A DNA stretch of 64,000 bases from an uncultured Gammaproteobacteria bacterium (GCA_964435065.1 CAYSXS010000001.1:20538-84537), one strand, 5' to 3'. Numbered from the stretch's first letter, positions 47,023 through 56,764 are shown. Translations and numbers: made by a program. The notes: generated by a model not told the origin, from the sequence alone.

Positions 47023-47195
47023 TTCTGTTTTTTAGCTACGACTGCAAGGAGTAGCTATTTGGGCGATAAGCCCAAATAAAGAAATATTTTTTGTTATTTT
47101 TAGCTTATTGACTTATATTTTTACCTATGCTTATATTATGTAATAAAGACTAAACCAATAATTAAAATTTTACAAATAAGGTAGGAGAAATAGTT

Positions 47196-47441
47196 ATGAA
47201 AGATTTAATTAACTTTGGAGACAAGCTTCCTAGGGTCGGTCAGATTATCAATTTGTTTCGTCCTCCCGGAGCTTCCATAGTTTCATGTGAAGATACGAAG
47301 GGTTGTAGCAGTGAAAAGAGATGGGAAGTTGACAATCTTGTTGCGGATGGAGATTTTTGGTTTCGTTGCACAAAATGTAACAGATTAATCTCTCTTCATG
47401 CTAACGTGAAAGAAAAATATAATTGGAAATCGTGTGATTAA
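47196..47441 (+). CDS. Small (81 aa) Cys-rich, zinc-ribbon-like protein of unknown function
   Basis: Strong RBS AGGAGA 8 nt upstream. It has a C-x5-C ... C-x2-C arrangement (SCEDTKGC / CTKC) and is GC-richer than the surrounding genes. Confidence 0.5.
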   Translation: MKDLINFGDKLPRVGQIINLFRPPGASIVSCEDTKGCSSEKRWEVDNLVADGDFWFRCTKCNRLISLHANVKEKYNWKSCD

Positions 47442-47545
47442 GCGACACGAAGAAATAAACTTGTATCATGGCCCAGCAAGTATAAAATATGGGTCTTTTT
47501 CATTTGCCAGAAAAATAACAAAAAATATTTCTTAAAAAATGGAAT

Positions 47546-47808
47546 TTCGTACAACGCCGACGGATAGGCGAAGCCTAACGAAGGACTTTCCGCAGGATGT
47601 AAGCCGAAGGCTTACAGACTAAGGAAAGGACTGAGTTAGGTTTGGGCCGAGCAGGGTGAGTGCAGGATCTGGGCGAGCCGCTTATCCGTTGTTGTCAGAA
47701 GAATCGTGAGCCTCTAGAAGGCCCAAGCCTATCCGTCGGCGTTGTCAAAAATTGAGGAGCAAGACTGGAACGAAGTGGAAGGCGAGCGAACGATATTTTT
47801 GACAACTG
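47546..47808 (+). repeat. GC-rich 261-bp structured element, copy 2
   Basis: 260/261 nt identical to 8104-8366, with the same orientation and the same nested inverted repeats. It ends 108 bp upstream of the tyrosine recombinase gene. Confidence 0.85.
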
Positions 47809-47915
47809 GTTTATATATGAAAACAATTCGTATAATGACCTTTATTTGTACTGTATACGAATGTATCGTATAATTAATCTATATATAATTTTATTATAAT
47901 CTTTTTTTAAAAAAT

Positions 47916-48749
47916 ATGCAATTTGATTTTGAAAAATATTTAAATAAAACCAAAGACGAGTTAAGGTTAAGAAATTATAGTCAAAAGACCATAAAAAGCT
48001 ATTCAGGTTGTTTGAAAGATTATTTTAATTTTTTAAATACTAATAAGGGTATTGTTGACTTAAAATCAGTTGAAAAAGTAAAAAAATTTTTATTGAATAA
48101 ACAGAACAAGGGCAATTCAGGACAAACTATAAATTTATATTTAAATGCTATTAAATTTTTTTATAGAGATATTCTGAAGAATAATGAAAAAATAGATTTG
48201 AAGTTTTCTAAAACAAGTAAAAAATTGCCGGTGGTTTTATCACATAGTGAAATTGAAAAAATATTAAGTCATATTAGGAATGGTAAGCATAAATTAATGA
48301 TTTCTTTGGTTTATGGTGCTGGCTTAAGGATAAGTGAGGTAATTAATTTAAAAGTCCAAGATGTTGATCTAAATGAATTAACAATTCATTTAAAACAAGC
48401 AAAAGGCAAAAAAGATAGAATAACAATTCTATCTCCTAAAATTAAAGAAGAGCTGAATAACTTTTTGATGAACAAGCAGATGAAAGATTTGGTTTTTGAA
48501 AGTGAACGAGGTGGTAAGTTATCTGAAAGAACAGCTCAAAAAGTTTTTGAAAATGGATTAAAATCAGCTAAAATAAATAAACCAGCAACTTTTCATTCTT
48601 TGCGTCATTCATTTGCAACACATTTATTGGAAAATGGGGTAGATGTACGTTATGTGCAAGAACTATTAGGACATGCAAATATTCGTACAACACAGATATA
48701 CACTAAAGTAACTAATCCAAGCTTAAAAAATATTAAAAGTCCATTATGA
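47916..48749 (+). CDS. Tyrosine site-specific recombinase (phage-integrase / XerCD-like family)
   Basis: N-terminal SAM-like core-binding domain. Catalytic motifs are GLRISEVINLKVQDVD (Arg I), HSLRHSFATHLL (HxxR) and GHANIRTTQIYTKV (the Tyr nucleophile). 277 aa. Confidence 0.85.
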   Translation: MQFDFEKYLNKTKDELRLRNYSQKTIKSYSGCLKDYFNFLNTNKGIVDLKSVEKVKKFLLNKQNKGNSGQTINLYLNAIKFFYRDILKNNEKIDLKFSKTSKKLPVVLSHSEIEKILSHIRNGKHKLMISLVYGAGLRISEVINLKVQDVDLNELTIHLKQAKGKKDRITILSPKIKEELNNFLMNKQMKDLVFESERGGKLSERTAQKVFENGLKSAKINKPATFHSLRHSFATHLLENGVDVRYVQELLGHANIRTTQIYTKVTNPSLKNIKSPL

Positions 48750-49852
48750 AAATAGCTCATGTTGTTTGTAGATTTCCACCATATAAAGGTGGAATGGGAA
48801 ATGTAGCATATGAGCAAGCTAAAGAGCTTGCTAAATTAGGGTATGAAGTTACAGTGTTTACACCAAATTATTCTCATAAAGAACAGGATTTTAATTTTAA
48901 TGTAATATATTTAAAATCTTTAATTAAATTTGGTAATGCTGCTTTTTTACCTCAGTTGATATATAGGTTGAGGAAATTTGATGTTGTACAATTACACCAT
49001 CCTTTTTTTGGTGCTACAGAAATTGTTTGGGTAGCAAAAAAGTTAGGATTAATAAAAAAGTTGGTAGTTTTTTGTCATATGGAATTTATTCCTAAAAATT
49101 TGTTTTTTAAACTTTTTATGACACCAGATAAAATTATTTTAAAATCTTTATTAAACTCATCAAGTAAAATAGTTGTTAGTAGCTTAGATTATGTTCGTCA
49201 ATTATCAATTAAGAAGTACTTTGAAAAGAATAAAGAAAAATTTATTGAGATTCCTTTTGGTTCACAATTTAATTTACCTGAGTTGAAAGAAAAAACAAGA
49301 GATAAGAATATTCTTTTTGTTGGTGCTTTAGATAAAGCACATAATTTTAAAGGTGTAGATATATTATTAAAATCCTTTAAAGAGGTTTTGTCTAAAGTAA
49401 ATGATATCAAATTAAATATTGTTGGGGGTGGAGATATGATGGAAGAATATATTAAACAAGCCAAAGGTTTAGGGATTATTGATAATGTTAATTTTCCTGG
49501 GCGTGTGTCAGATGAAAAATTGAAAGAATATTATGCAAATTGTGATTTTTTTGTATTACCTTCCGTGGATTCTGGTGAAGCTTTTGGGTTAGTTCTTGTC
49601 GAAGCGATGAGTTTTGCAAAATCAGTTATTGCTTCTAACTTGCCAGGCGTACGTACAGTTTGTAGAGACAATCAGAATGGGTTTTTAATTGAACCAGGAA
49701 ATATGCAAGATTTAACTGAAAAAATGTTAAAATTAATACAGGATAATGATTTATCTAAAGAAATGGGTAAAAAGAGTAGACAAATAGTAGAAAATGAATA
49801 TACTTGGCCTGTTCATGTAAAGAAATTAGAAGAAGTTTATGAGAGTATATAG
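48746..49852 (+). CDS. Glycosyltransferase family 4
   Basis: FVLPSVDSGEAFGLVLVEAMSFAKSVIASNLPGVRTV. It overlaps the recombinase stop by 4 nt (ATGA). Confidence 0.8.
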   Translation: MKIAHVVCRFPPYKGGMGNVAYEQAKELAKLGYEVTVFTPNYSHKEQDFNFNVIYLKSLIKFGNAAFLPQLIYRLRKFDVVQLHHPFFGATEIVWVAKKLGLIKKLVVFCHMEFIPKNLFFKLFMTPDKIILKSLLNSSSKIVVSSLDYVRQLSIKKYFEKNKEKFIEIPFGSQFNLPELKEKTRDKNILFVGALDKAHNFKGVDILLKSFKEVLSKVNDIKLNIVGGGDMMEEYIKQAKGLGIIDNVNFPGRVSDEKLKEYYANCDFFVLPSVDSGEAFGLVLVEAMSFAKSVIASNLPGVRTVCRDNQNGFLIEPGNMQDLTEKMLKLIQDNDLSKEMGKKSRQIVENEYTWPVHVKKLEEVYESI

Positions 49853-51026
49853 GATAGTATTAATATTTTTAATATTTGTATTACTGCCAGTAAGTTTGGC
49901 TAGTGCTTTTGTTAATGAAGAAAGTAATTTAGATGAATATGTAAAACCTTTCTATAACCGGTATTCAAAACATTTTGATCAATATGGATTAAAATATATG
50001 AGTCCTAGTTATGGAATAGAAGATTTTAAAGAACCTGTTACAGCAAGAGAATGGATGTCTTTAGCTTCTTACTATAAATACACTAATAACCAGGACATTA
50101 TTCATGATTCAATAATTAAAGCATATAGGGAAATTAGTAGAAGACCTTCGTATACTCAATCTTTTAATGATGCAGAAGCTTTTTTATTAATTATTAGATT
50201 GATGGAGAATAATAAAGAAGTATTAACATATATTGAAAAAGAAAGAGTTCTTGATTTAATGTCAGCATATTTAGAACAAGGCATAAAAGCTAAAGATACA
50301 GAAAATAGGGCAATTATTGCATCAGCTCATTGGCAATACATTACAAATTATCTTTATTCTAATAACAGAATTATAAATAAAATATATTATGATGGTTTAA
50401 TAAAAGAAAAAATAGATAAAGCTATACAGGAAAGTATAAATAAAGATGGTTGGTACTTTGAAAATAATATGAAATCGTTTACACCTCATTACCACACTAT
50501 TTCTGCTTTCATGTTATTAATCTATGGAGATTTAACTCAACAGAATGAATATCTTGATTTATCTAAAAAAATGTATTTTAACATTAAGAAAATTACTTTT
50601 AAAAATGGGATGGTTGAAGCAAAGCTAGGGCATAGACCTTTAGGTTTAGGAGCTCAGTTCTATTTAACTCAATCGTTATTAGGTCAATATTTTAATGATG
50701 ATGACTACAAGGTATATTTATTCTATGCAAGTGGGAATAGATTTTTTTCAGATAAACAGTATTCTAATAGATTAGAATTTCATTCAACTATTGAAAATAC
50801 AGAACCAATCTATCATGATGATTATGCATTTAGTGATATAGCTGAGTTGGGTCTTGTTATTACTAAATTAAAAGATATTAATTTAGAACATAAATACTAT
50901 TTAACCAATCCAGTTCAAAATTTAAGAGATAATACTTTTAGGATATATAACTATGGAAAATTAATATTTTTTAATGGAAAAAGAAATATTTTAGGTAGTT
51001 ATGGTAACTGGTCACATATTTTATGA
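49839..51026 (+). CDS. Secreted hypothetical protein, largely alpha-helical, possibly glycan-binding or glycan-processing
   Basis: Signal peptide MRVYRIVLIFLIFVLLPVSLASAF. No confident family assignment. Confidence 0.4.
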   Translation: MRVYRIVLIFLIFVLLPVSLASAFVNEESNLDEYVKPFYNRYSKHFDQYGLKYMSPSYGIEDFKEPVTAREWMSLASYYKYTNNQDIIHDSIIKAYREISRRPSYTQSFNDAEAFLLIIRLMENNKEVLTYIEKERVLDLMSAYLEQGIKAKDTENRAIIASAHWQYITNYLYSNNRIINKIYYDGLIKEKIDKAIQESINKDGWYFENNMKSFTPHYHTISAFMLLIYGDLTQQNEYLDLSKKMYFNIKKITFKNGMVEAKLGHRPLGLGAQFYLTQSLLGQYFNDDDYKVYLFYASGNRFFSDKQYSNRLEFHSTIENTEPIYHDDYAFSDIAELGLVITKLKDINLEHKYYLTNPVQNLRDNTFRIYNYGKLIFFNGKRNILGSYGNWSHIL

Positions 51027-51724
51027 AAACATATATAGTCATCCCAACATATAATGAGAAAGAGAATATTGAAGAATTAGTTAAAGAAATAGACAATCTT
51101 AAGATTGAAGATTTAAATATTTTAATTGTTGATGATAATTCACCTGATGGAACAGGTGAAATTGCTGATAGATTGAAAAATAGTTATCCAGTAGAAGTTT
51201 TACATAGACAAGATAAGCAAGGATTAGGATCAGCGTATAGAGCAGGGTTTAAATATTGTTTAGAACATAATGCAGAATATATATTTGAAATGGATGCAGA
51301 TTTTTCTCATAAACCAAAAGATGTTCCTCGTATGTTACAAGCAGCACAAGTAGGTGCAGATTTAGTTATTGGTTCAAGAAAGATTAAAGGAGGTAAAATC
51401 ATTGGCTGGAATGCTTGGCGTCATTTTTGTTCAGATGGAGCGATGTTTGCTTCTAGAATAATGTTAGGTTTAAAAACTAAAGATGTGACAGCTGGTTTTC
51501 GTTGTTTTAAAGCAGAAACGCTGAAAACTATTAAATATTCAGAAATTAAAAGTAATGGATATGCTTTTCAGGAAGAAATGATATATAGAATAGAAAAAGC
51601 TGGTTTAAAGGTAGTTGAAGTTCCAGTAGTATTTCTTGATCGTGAAAAAGGCAAGTCTAAGCTTAATAAAAAGGACATTATTGATTTTTTTGTTACTATT
51701 ATTAGATTAAAGTTTAAAAAATGA
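51023..51724 (+). CDS. Polyprenol-monophosphate mannose/hexose synthase (DPM1/Ppm1-like GT2)
   Basis: YIVIPTYNEKENIEELVKEI...ILIVDDNSPDGTGEIADRL...EMDADFSHKPKD is a close match to DPM1-type signatures. Confidence 0.75.
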   Translation: MKTYIVIPTYNEKENIEELVKEIDNLKIEDLNILIVDDNSPDGTGEIADRLKNSYPVEVLHRQDKQGLGSAYRAGFKYCLEHNAEYIFEMDADFSHKPKDVPRMLQAAQVGADLVIGSRKIKGGKIIGWNAWRHFCSDGAMFASRIMLGLKTKDVTAGFRCFKAETLKTIKYSEIKSNGYAFQEEMIYRIEKAGLKVVEVPVVFLDREKGKSKLNKKDIIDFFVTIIRLKFKK

Positions 51725-52317
51725 AATATTTTAAATACATATTAATATTTTTTCTTTTTCTGGGTTGTTTTAATTTTGTTTATGCTCAAAATGAGATTGA
51801 ACAAACGTCAGCATATGTTTTGTATGTGATTGATGGAGATACTGTAAGAGTAAGTATTGATGGTAAGGAACATAGAGTTAGATTACTTGGAATTGACGCA
51901 CCAGAGATTGTTAATGTAGAAGAAAACAAAGAAGGTGAGTGTTTTTCAGATGAAGCTACAAAAAAGTTAAAAGAATTGATTTTAAACAAAGAAATTGTGC
52001 TGGTTAATGATTCTTTAAGTGATGATAAGGATAAATATAATAGGTTGTTAAGATATATATATTTAGATGACTTAGATGTTAATGCAGAACTACTAAAAGA
52101 TGGGTACGCTAAGTCTTTTTTGTTTTTTCCTTTTGATAAAGCGCAAGAATATGGAATTTTAGATAATTTCGCTAAATTACAAAATTCAGGGTTATATGAT
52201 CCAGATGCCTGTTCTAAAGTTGTTGATGATACAGAAACAGATACGCCATATCTTTTATTTGGAATAGCAGGACTAGCTATTCTCTTAATTATTATTTTTT
52301 TAAAGAAAAATGATTAA
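51721..52317 (+). CDS. Thermonuclease (SNase/micrococcal-nuclease-like) with an N-terminal signal and a C-terminal TM anchor
   Basis: YVLYVIDGDTVRVSIDGKEHRVRLLGIDAPEI is the SNase signature. The C-terminal hydrophobic segment is LLFGIAGLAILLIIIFL. Confidence 0.75.
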   Translation: MKYFKYILIFFLFLGCFNFVYAQNEIEQTSAYVLYVIDGDTVRVSIDGKEHRVRLLGIDAPEIVNVEENKEGECFSDEATKKLKELILNKEIVLVNDSLSDDKDKYNRLLRYIYLDDLDVNAELLKDGYAKSFLFFPFDKAQEYGILDNFAKLQNSGLYDPDACSKVVDDTETDTPYLLFGIAGLAILLIIIFLKKND

Positions 52318-53653
52318 AAAAAACTTATACAAAATTGTTTTATTTCTCTTCTTCATATTTTTAATCTTTTTCCGCTTACACAATGCGGATGTTTTTAATT
52401 CATATTGGGGTTATGATGGAGGAGGACATTTAGAATATATACAGGAAATATATGAACAAGGAAGTTTGCCTAACATGGAAGAAAACTATTTAGCTTGGCA
52501 TGAGCCAGCTTTTTATTTCTCCTATTCTGTAATTGGTAAAATATTTAATTTAATTTATCCAAGTGATTTTACTGTTGTTATTAAGTTTTTACAGATATTT
52601 TCTGCAATGCTTGGTGTTTTAATGATTTGGTTAATTTACAAAATTGCGCAGCAATTTAGTAAGAATAAGAATGTTTGGTTAGCAGCAGTATTTTCTTCAG
52701 GATTTTTATCAGTAATTATAGAAACAACTAACTATTTAACTAATGAATTGTTATTAGCTTTTTTAATTATTCTCCTTTTTTACTATTTCATTAGGTTTTC
52801 AAAAAAAGGTTGGAATTTAAAAAGGGTTTTAGGTATTTCTGTTTTGTGTGGAATAGCTTTATTAGTTAAACTATCAGCTTTAATTTTTATCTTTTCCATA
52901 TTAATTTGGTTTTTATATAGATGTATATATACAGGTAAGATTAAATGGTTAGGATATCTCGTGGCTTTTGTTGTTGTTGCTTCTTTAATTTATTCTCCTT
53001 GGGCGATATATAAGCAAAAGAACATTGGTAGTTTATGGTCAATTAATATATATGAAGATAATTTATCTGAAAGCGGGGAACTTAACTCAGATTTCTTCTA
53101 TAGACTAAATCCTCAGATATTTAATAATCCATTTTGGATGACAAGTAGTAATTCTTTCTGCGCAGTAATTTTTGCAGATACATTTTCAGACTATTACTCA
53201 ATATCTAATAACCTTGATAAAAATTTATCATTGCCAGATAATCAAAAAATATGGGTAGATAGTGGTAATTTTGTAACTCATTTGAAGTATAGGTTGTCTA
53301 TTCTTCTACTTTATTCCTCTGTATTCTTCATTCTAATCTTCTTAGGAGGAGTAATTGGCTTATGTTGGCAATTAATTAAGAAAAAACTAAAACCAGGTAT
53401 TAACCTATTTATCTTAATATTCATAATTGGTTCTTTTCTAGCATTGATGTATAATGTTTTTAGTTTTCCATTCTTGGAACGGGGGACATTAAAGGCCAGT
53501 TTTGTATTAAGTGTCTGGCCAATCCTTATGATTATCTCATGGTCGTGGTTAGGACAAGTTTTAAAGAAGTTTAAATTATCTTTTTTATGGATCCCTATTT
53601 GGTTTTTAATTTTAATTTGGTGTAGTTTATCTGTAGCCATAAATTGGATTTAA
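52310..53653 (+). CDS. GT-C fold membrane glycosyltransferase (PMT/ArnT-like)
   Basis: Multi-TM protein. The first loop YWGYDGGGHLEYIQEIYEQGSLPN resembles the PMT/ArnT acidic-loop motif. Confidence 0.5.
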   Translation: MIKKNLYKIVLFLFFIFLIFFRLHNADVFNSYWGYDGGGHLEYIQEIYEQGSLPNMEENYLAWHEPAFYFSYSVIGKIFNLIYPSDFTVVIKFLQIFSAMLGVLMIWLIYKIAQQFSKNKNVWLAAVFSSGFLSVIIETTNYLTNELLLAFLIILLFYYFIRFSKKGWNLKRVLGISVLCGIALLVKLSALIFIFSILIWFLYRCIYTGKIKWLGYLVAFVVVASLIYSPWAIYKQKNIGSLWSINIYEDNLSESGELNSDFFYRLNPQIFNNPFWMTSSNSFCAVIFADTFSDYYSISNNLDKNLSLPDNQKIWVDSGNFVTHLKYRLSILLLYSSVFFILIFLGGVIGLCWQLIKKKLKPGINLFILIFIIGSFLALMYNVFSFPFLERGTLKASFVLSVWPILMIISWSWLGQVLKKFKLSFLWIPIWFLILIWCSLSVAINWI

Positions 53654-53660
53654 AATATAT

Positions 53661-54806
53661 ATGAAGATTTGTTTAATAAACAATTTATACAAACCTTTTA
53701 ATAAAGGTGGAGCAGAAGCAGTTGTAGAAGATACTGCTAAATGTTTAGTTTCTTTAAAACACGAAGTAATTTTAATTACTTTAGGTGAAGAGGATAAAAT
53801 AGAAGAATTGGATGGAGTTAAGGTATACAGAATTAAACCTTGGAATATATTTTCTTTTTTAGATATGGATAATAAGAATGGGGTGGTTAGATTTATCTGG
53901 TGGTTTTTTAATGTTTTTAATCTATCTTCAAGAAAGAAAATTAAGAATATTTTAAAAAAAGAAAAACCAGATCTTGTGCATATACACAATATGGTTGGTA
54001 TGAGTTTTTTAATTTCACGATTGATTAGTAGATTAAAGATAAAATCAGTATTAACTATTCATGACATTCAATTAGTTTATCCTTCAGGGCAATTAATTTA
54101 TGGGCAAGAGAATACATTTATTAACACCTTCTTTTTAAGAAAATGGTATGAAAAACTTGTTAAGTTTTTAATTTCATCTCCTGATGTAGTTATTTCCCCA
54201 TCAAAATGGTTATTGGATTTTTATGCAAAAAAAGGATTCTTTAAGGATTCATATAAAAAAGTTTTACCAAATTCAGTTCCTCAAATATCTAGTCAAAGAG
54301 TCGAAAGTGAAAAATTAAGATTTTTGTATGTCGGACAAGTAGGAGAATACAAAGGAATATTTACTTTGTTAAATGTATTTAAAGATTTAGATTATGAATT
54401 GCATGTTGTTGGTGATGGTAAAGATTTAGAAAAAGCTAAAAAGTTTGAAAGTAATAATATATTATTCCATGGAAGATTAGATAAAAAAGAATTAGAAAAT
54501 ATATATTCTAATTCAGATATTTTAATCTTTCCAAGTTTAACTTATGAAAATTGTCCAATGGCTATTATGTTGGCTTTTGGTTTTGGTATTCCAGTAATTG
54601 GCTCACGTATTGGTGGTGTACCTGAATTAATCGAAGAAAACATAACAGGTTGGTTGTTTGAACCAGGTAATGAGCAAGAATTAGGTAAATTAGTTAGTAT
54701 ATGCAAAGATAAGGTTAAAGGAATGAGAGATAACTGTTTAAATAGAGCAAAAGAGCATACTATTGAAAAATATTTAAAAAAATTAGAAGAAATATATATA
54801 ACTTGA
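53661..54806 (+). CDS. Glycosyltransferase family 4
   Basis: NKGGAEAVVEDTAKCL at the N-terminus, and LIFPSLTYENCPMAIMLAFGFGIPVIGSRIGGVPELI at the C-terminus. Confidence 0.75.
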   Translation: MKICLINNLYKPFNKGGAEAVVEDTAKCLVSLKHEVILITLGEEDKIEELDGVKVYRIKPWNIFSFLDMDNKNGVVRFIWWFFNVFNLSSRKKIKNILKKEKPDLVHIHNMVGMSFLISRLISRLKIKSVLTIHDIQLVYPSGQLIYGQENTFINTFFLRKWYEKLVKFLISSPDVVISPSKWLLDFYAKKGFFKDSYKKVLPNSVPQISSQRVESEKLRFLYVGQVGEYKGIFTLLNVFKDLDYELHVVGDGKDLEKAKKFESNNILFHGRLDKKELENIYSNSDILIFPSLTYENCPMAIMLAFGFGIPVIGSRIGGVPELIEENITGWLFEPGNEQELGKLVSICKDKVKGMRDNCLNRAKEHTIEKYLKKLEEIYIT

Positions 54807-54839
54807 TTTTATTAACCTTTTATGTAAAAATACATTACT

Positions 54840-55541
54840 ATGACTGATACAAAACAACAAAACAACCCACAACAAAATGAAGAGCAAGCAAAGCTTGCTA
54901 AAGAATTTCAAGAACAAATGAATAAATCTTTGGACGAAATGTCTAAAATAGATGATTTTAAGGAATATTTTAAAGTTCAAAGAGAAATTATTCAGAAATA
55001 TATTAATACTTGGAAATATATTGAAACGAATCTAGAAAGAGATTCTGTTGAAGATTATACCATGTTACTTAAGAGTTTTGGACAAATGGCAGAATTAGAT
55101 AAGGAAAAAGGTAAGATACCCAAAGAAAAATCAGAAACTATAGATAAGTTTAATAAACAGGTTTTAGAAACCTTAGAAAAAGGTGATTATCAAAAGACTT
55201 CAGAACAGTTATTCTATGTCTTATTAGGAAATGTCTTAGAACATGTTAACAAAGCGGATATAGACATGAAAGAGTTTAATATTCAGAAAGACTTATACCC
55301 ACATCTACAAATGCCTTTAGGTTTATCTTTCTTTCTGTTCCAAAATTTAATCTTTGGAAAAATGGCTCAGAAAGTTAATGAACTTAGTAAAGAATATTTA
55401 AAAAAATATTGTGCTTTACTTCTTGGTTTGTGGCGTATGATTTTTGAGTTAATGCAGTATGAGAAGCAAATGGAAGCCATGAAAAAGAAACAAGCTGAAG
55501 AAGGAAAGGAAGGTGAAGAAAGTAAAGAAGAAAATAAATAG
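54840..55541 (+). CDS. Acidic coiled-coil hypothetical protein
   Basis: Q/E/K-rich, no signal peptide, no recognised domain. Confidence 0.4.
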   Translation: MTDTKQQNNPQQNEEQAKLAKEFQEQMNKSLDEMSKIDDFKEYFKVQREIIQKYINTWKYIETNLERDSVEDYTMLLKSFGQMAELDKEKGKIPKEKSETIDKFNKQVLETLEKGDYQKTSEQLFYVLLGNVLEHVNKADIDMKEFNIQKDLYPHLQMPLGLSFFLFQNLIFGKMAQKVNELSKEYLKKYCALLLGLWRMIFELMQYEKQMEAMKKKQAEEGKEGEESKEENK

Positions 55542-55576
55542 TTTAAATATTTTCAAAATTTAACACTGGAGGGCAA

Positions 55577-55891
55577 ATGTATAAGATAATAATTGTTGTT
55601 TTGTCTTTTTTATTTCTACAATTAAATTCTTTTGCGCAGAATTCTGTGCAAGTTTTTTCTGTTGAATCCATTAACATCTCGGAAAAGACAAAAAACTTTG
55701 GTAACGGTTTTTTGTCCGAAGTTGATGATTTAAAAAATATTTTGAAAGGAAAGTTGGATGTTTTAAAACAAATTTATGTTTTTAGTTGGAAAAACTATCG
55801 TTTTGAAGTGAAATCAAATATTGATGATTTTGTTATGAACGGTAGGAGTAAGAGAAACAAATTTATAATTACAATTTTTATATCACATTAA
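55577..55891 (+). CDS. Small secreted hypothetical protein
   Basis: Signal peptide MYKIIIVVLSFLFLQLNSFAQ, with the RBS GGAGGG upstream. Confidence 0.45.
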   Translation: MYKIIIVVLSFLFLQLNSFAQNSVQVFSVESINISEKTKNFGNGFLSEVDDLKNILKGKLDVLKQIYVFSWKNYRFEVKSNIDDFVMNGRSKRNKFIITIFISH

Positions 55892-55927
55892 ATTCACAAA
55901 TAGTTCATTTAAAAATGAGGTGAAGAA

Positions 55928-56740
55928 ATGAAAAAAAATACAGGAAGATTATTAGCTTTTGGTTTATTGTTTTCTATAGTCGTAATTTGTTTAATTTTAG
56001 TAATGTTTATTATCATAGATGTGGAACATAAAGTTAATTTTAAAGTTTGGTTTGAATATCCGATTCTTTTTTTTTATGCCACCCTTATTTTATTTCTACC
56101 ATTTATTATGTGGCTTGAGAGTGGTTCGCAGAAAAAAATTAGGTGTTATGGAACATGGAAAGAGACATTAGAGACAAGCGCTATTGTTTGCACACTTATT
56201 ATAATGTTTTTTCTCTATTACAAAATGTGGGCAATCGTCAATGTGGAGTTAGTTAGATTTATTTGGATATTTTATGTGGCAATTGCATATCTTGTTATAT
56301 ACTACTTTTTTTTGCGTCCTATCTATCCAGTTTCTTCAATGTATATATCCAAAAACAATATATTATACAAACCAGGTAAAATAATCTTTATTTCTCAGTT
56401 TAAAAGATATTTTATTAAAACCTGGGATAAAACAATTTCGTTTTTAAGAGAGCAAGAAGTCATTTTTAAAGACGGTAAACTTATGATGCAAGTAGGTTTT
56501 TCTGTAAGTATAACAATTTTAGGAGAAGATTTTCAGAACGCTGCTTATTTTAAGGATCAGAATGATTTAGAAGACTTAATATGGATTAATTGTTTTCAAG
56601 ACATTATTACTCTTAAATTTGGATATATGACGTATCTGGAAATAAAACAAACAGAAAAATTGTTTTCTGAATACCAAGAAAGACTAGCAAATTATTTTAT
56701 GGTTAAATGGGATGGAAAAATAACAATGGAGGAAGTATAA
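55928..56740 (+). CDS. Integral membrane hypothetical protein (about 5 TM)
   Basis: An RBS GAGG precedes the start, and there are hydrophobic helices throughout the N-terminal half. Confidence 0.45.
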   Translation: MKKNTGRLLAFGLLFSIVVICLILVMFIIIDVEHKVNFKVWFEYPILFFYATLILFLPFIMWLESGSQKKIRCYGTWKETLETSAIVCTLIIMFFLYYKMWAIVNVELVRFIWIFYVAIAYLVIYYFFLRPIYPVSSMYISKNNILYKPGKIIFISQFKRYFIKTWDKTISFLREQEVIFKDGKLMMQVGFSVSITILGEDFQNAAYFKDQNDLEDLIWINCFQDIITLKFGYMTYLEIKQTEKLFSEYQERLANYFMVKWDGKITMEEV

Positions 56741-56764
56741 ACATTTGTTGTTCATATAATTTTG

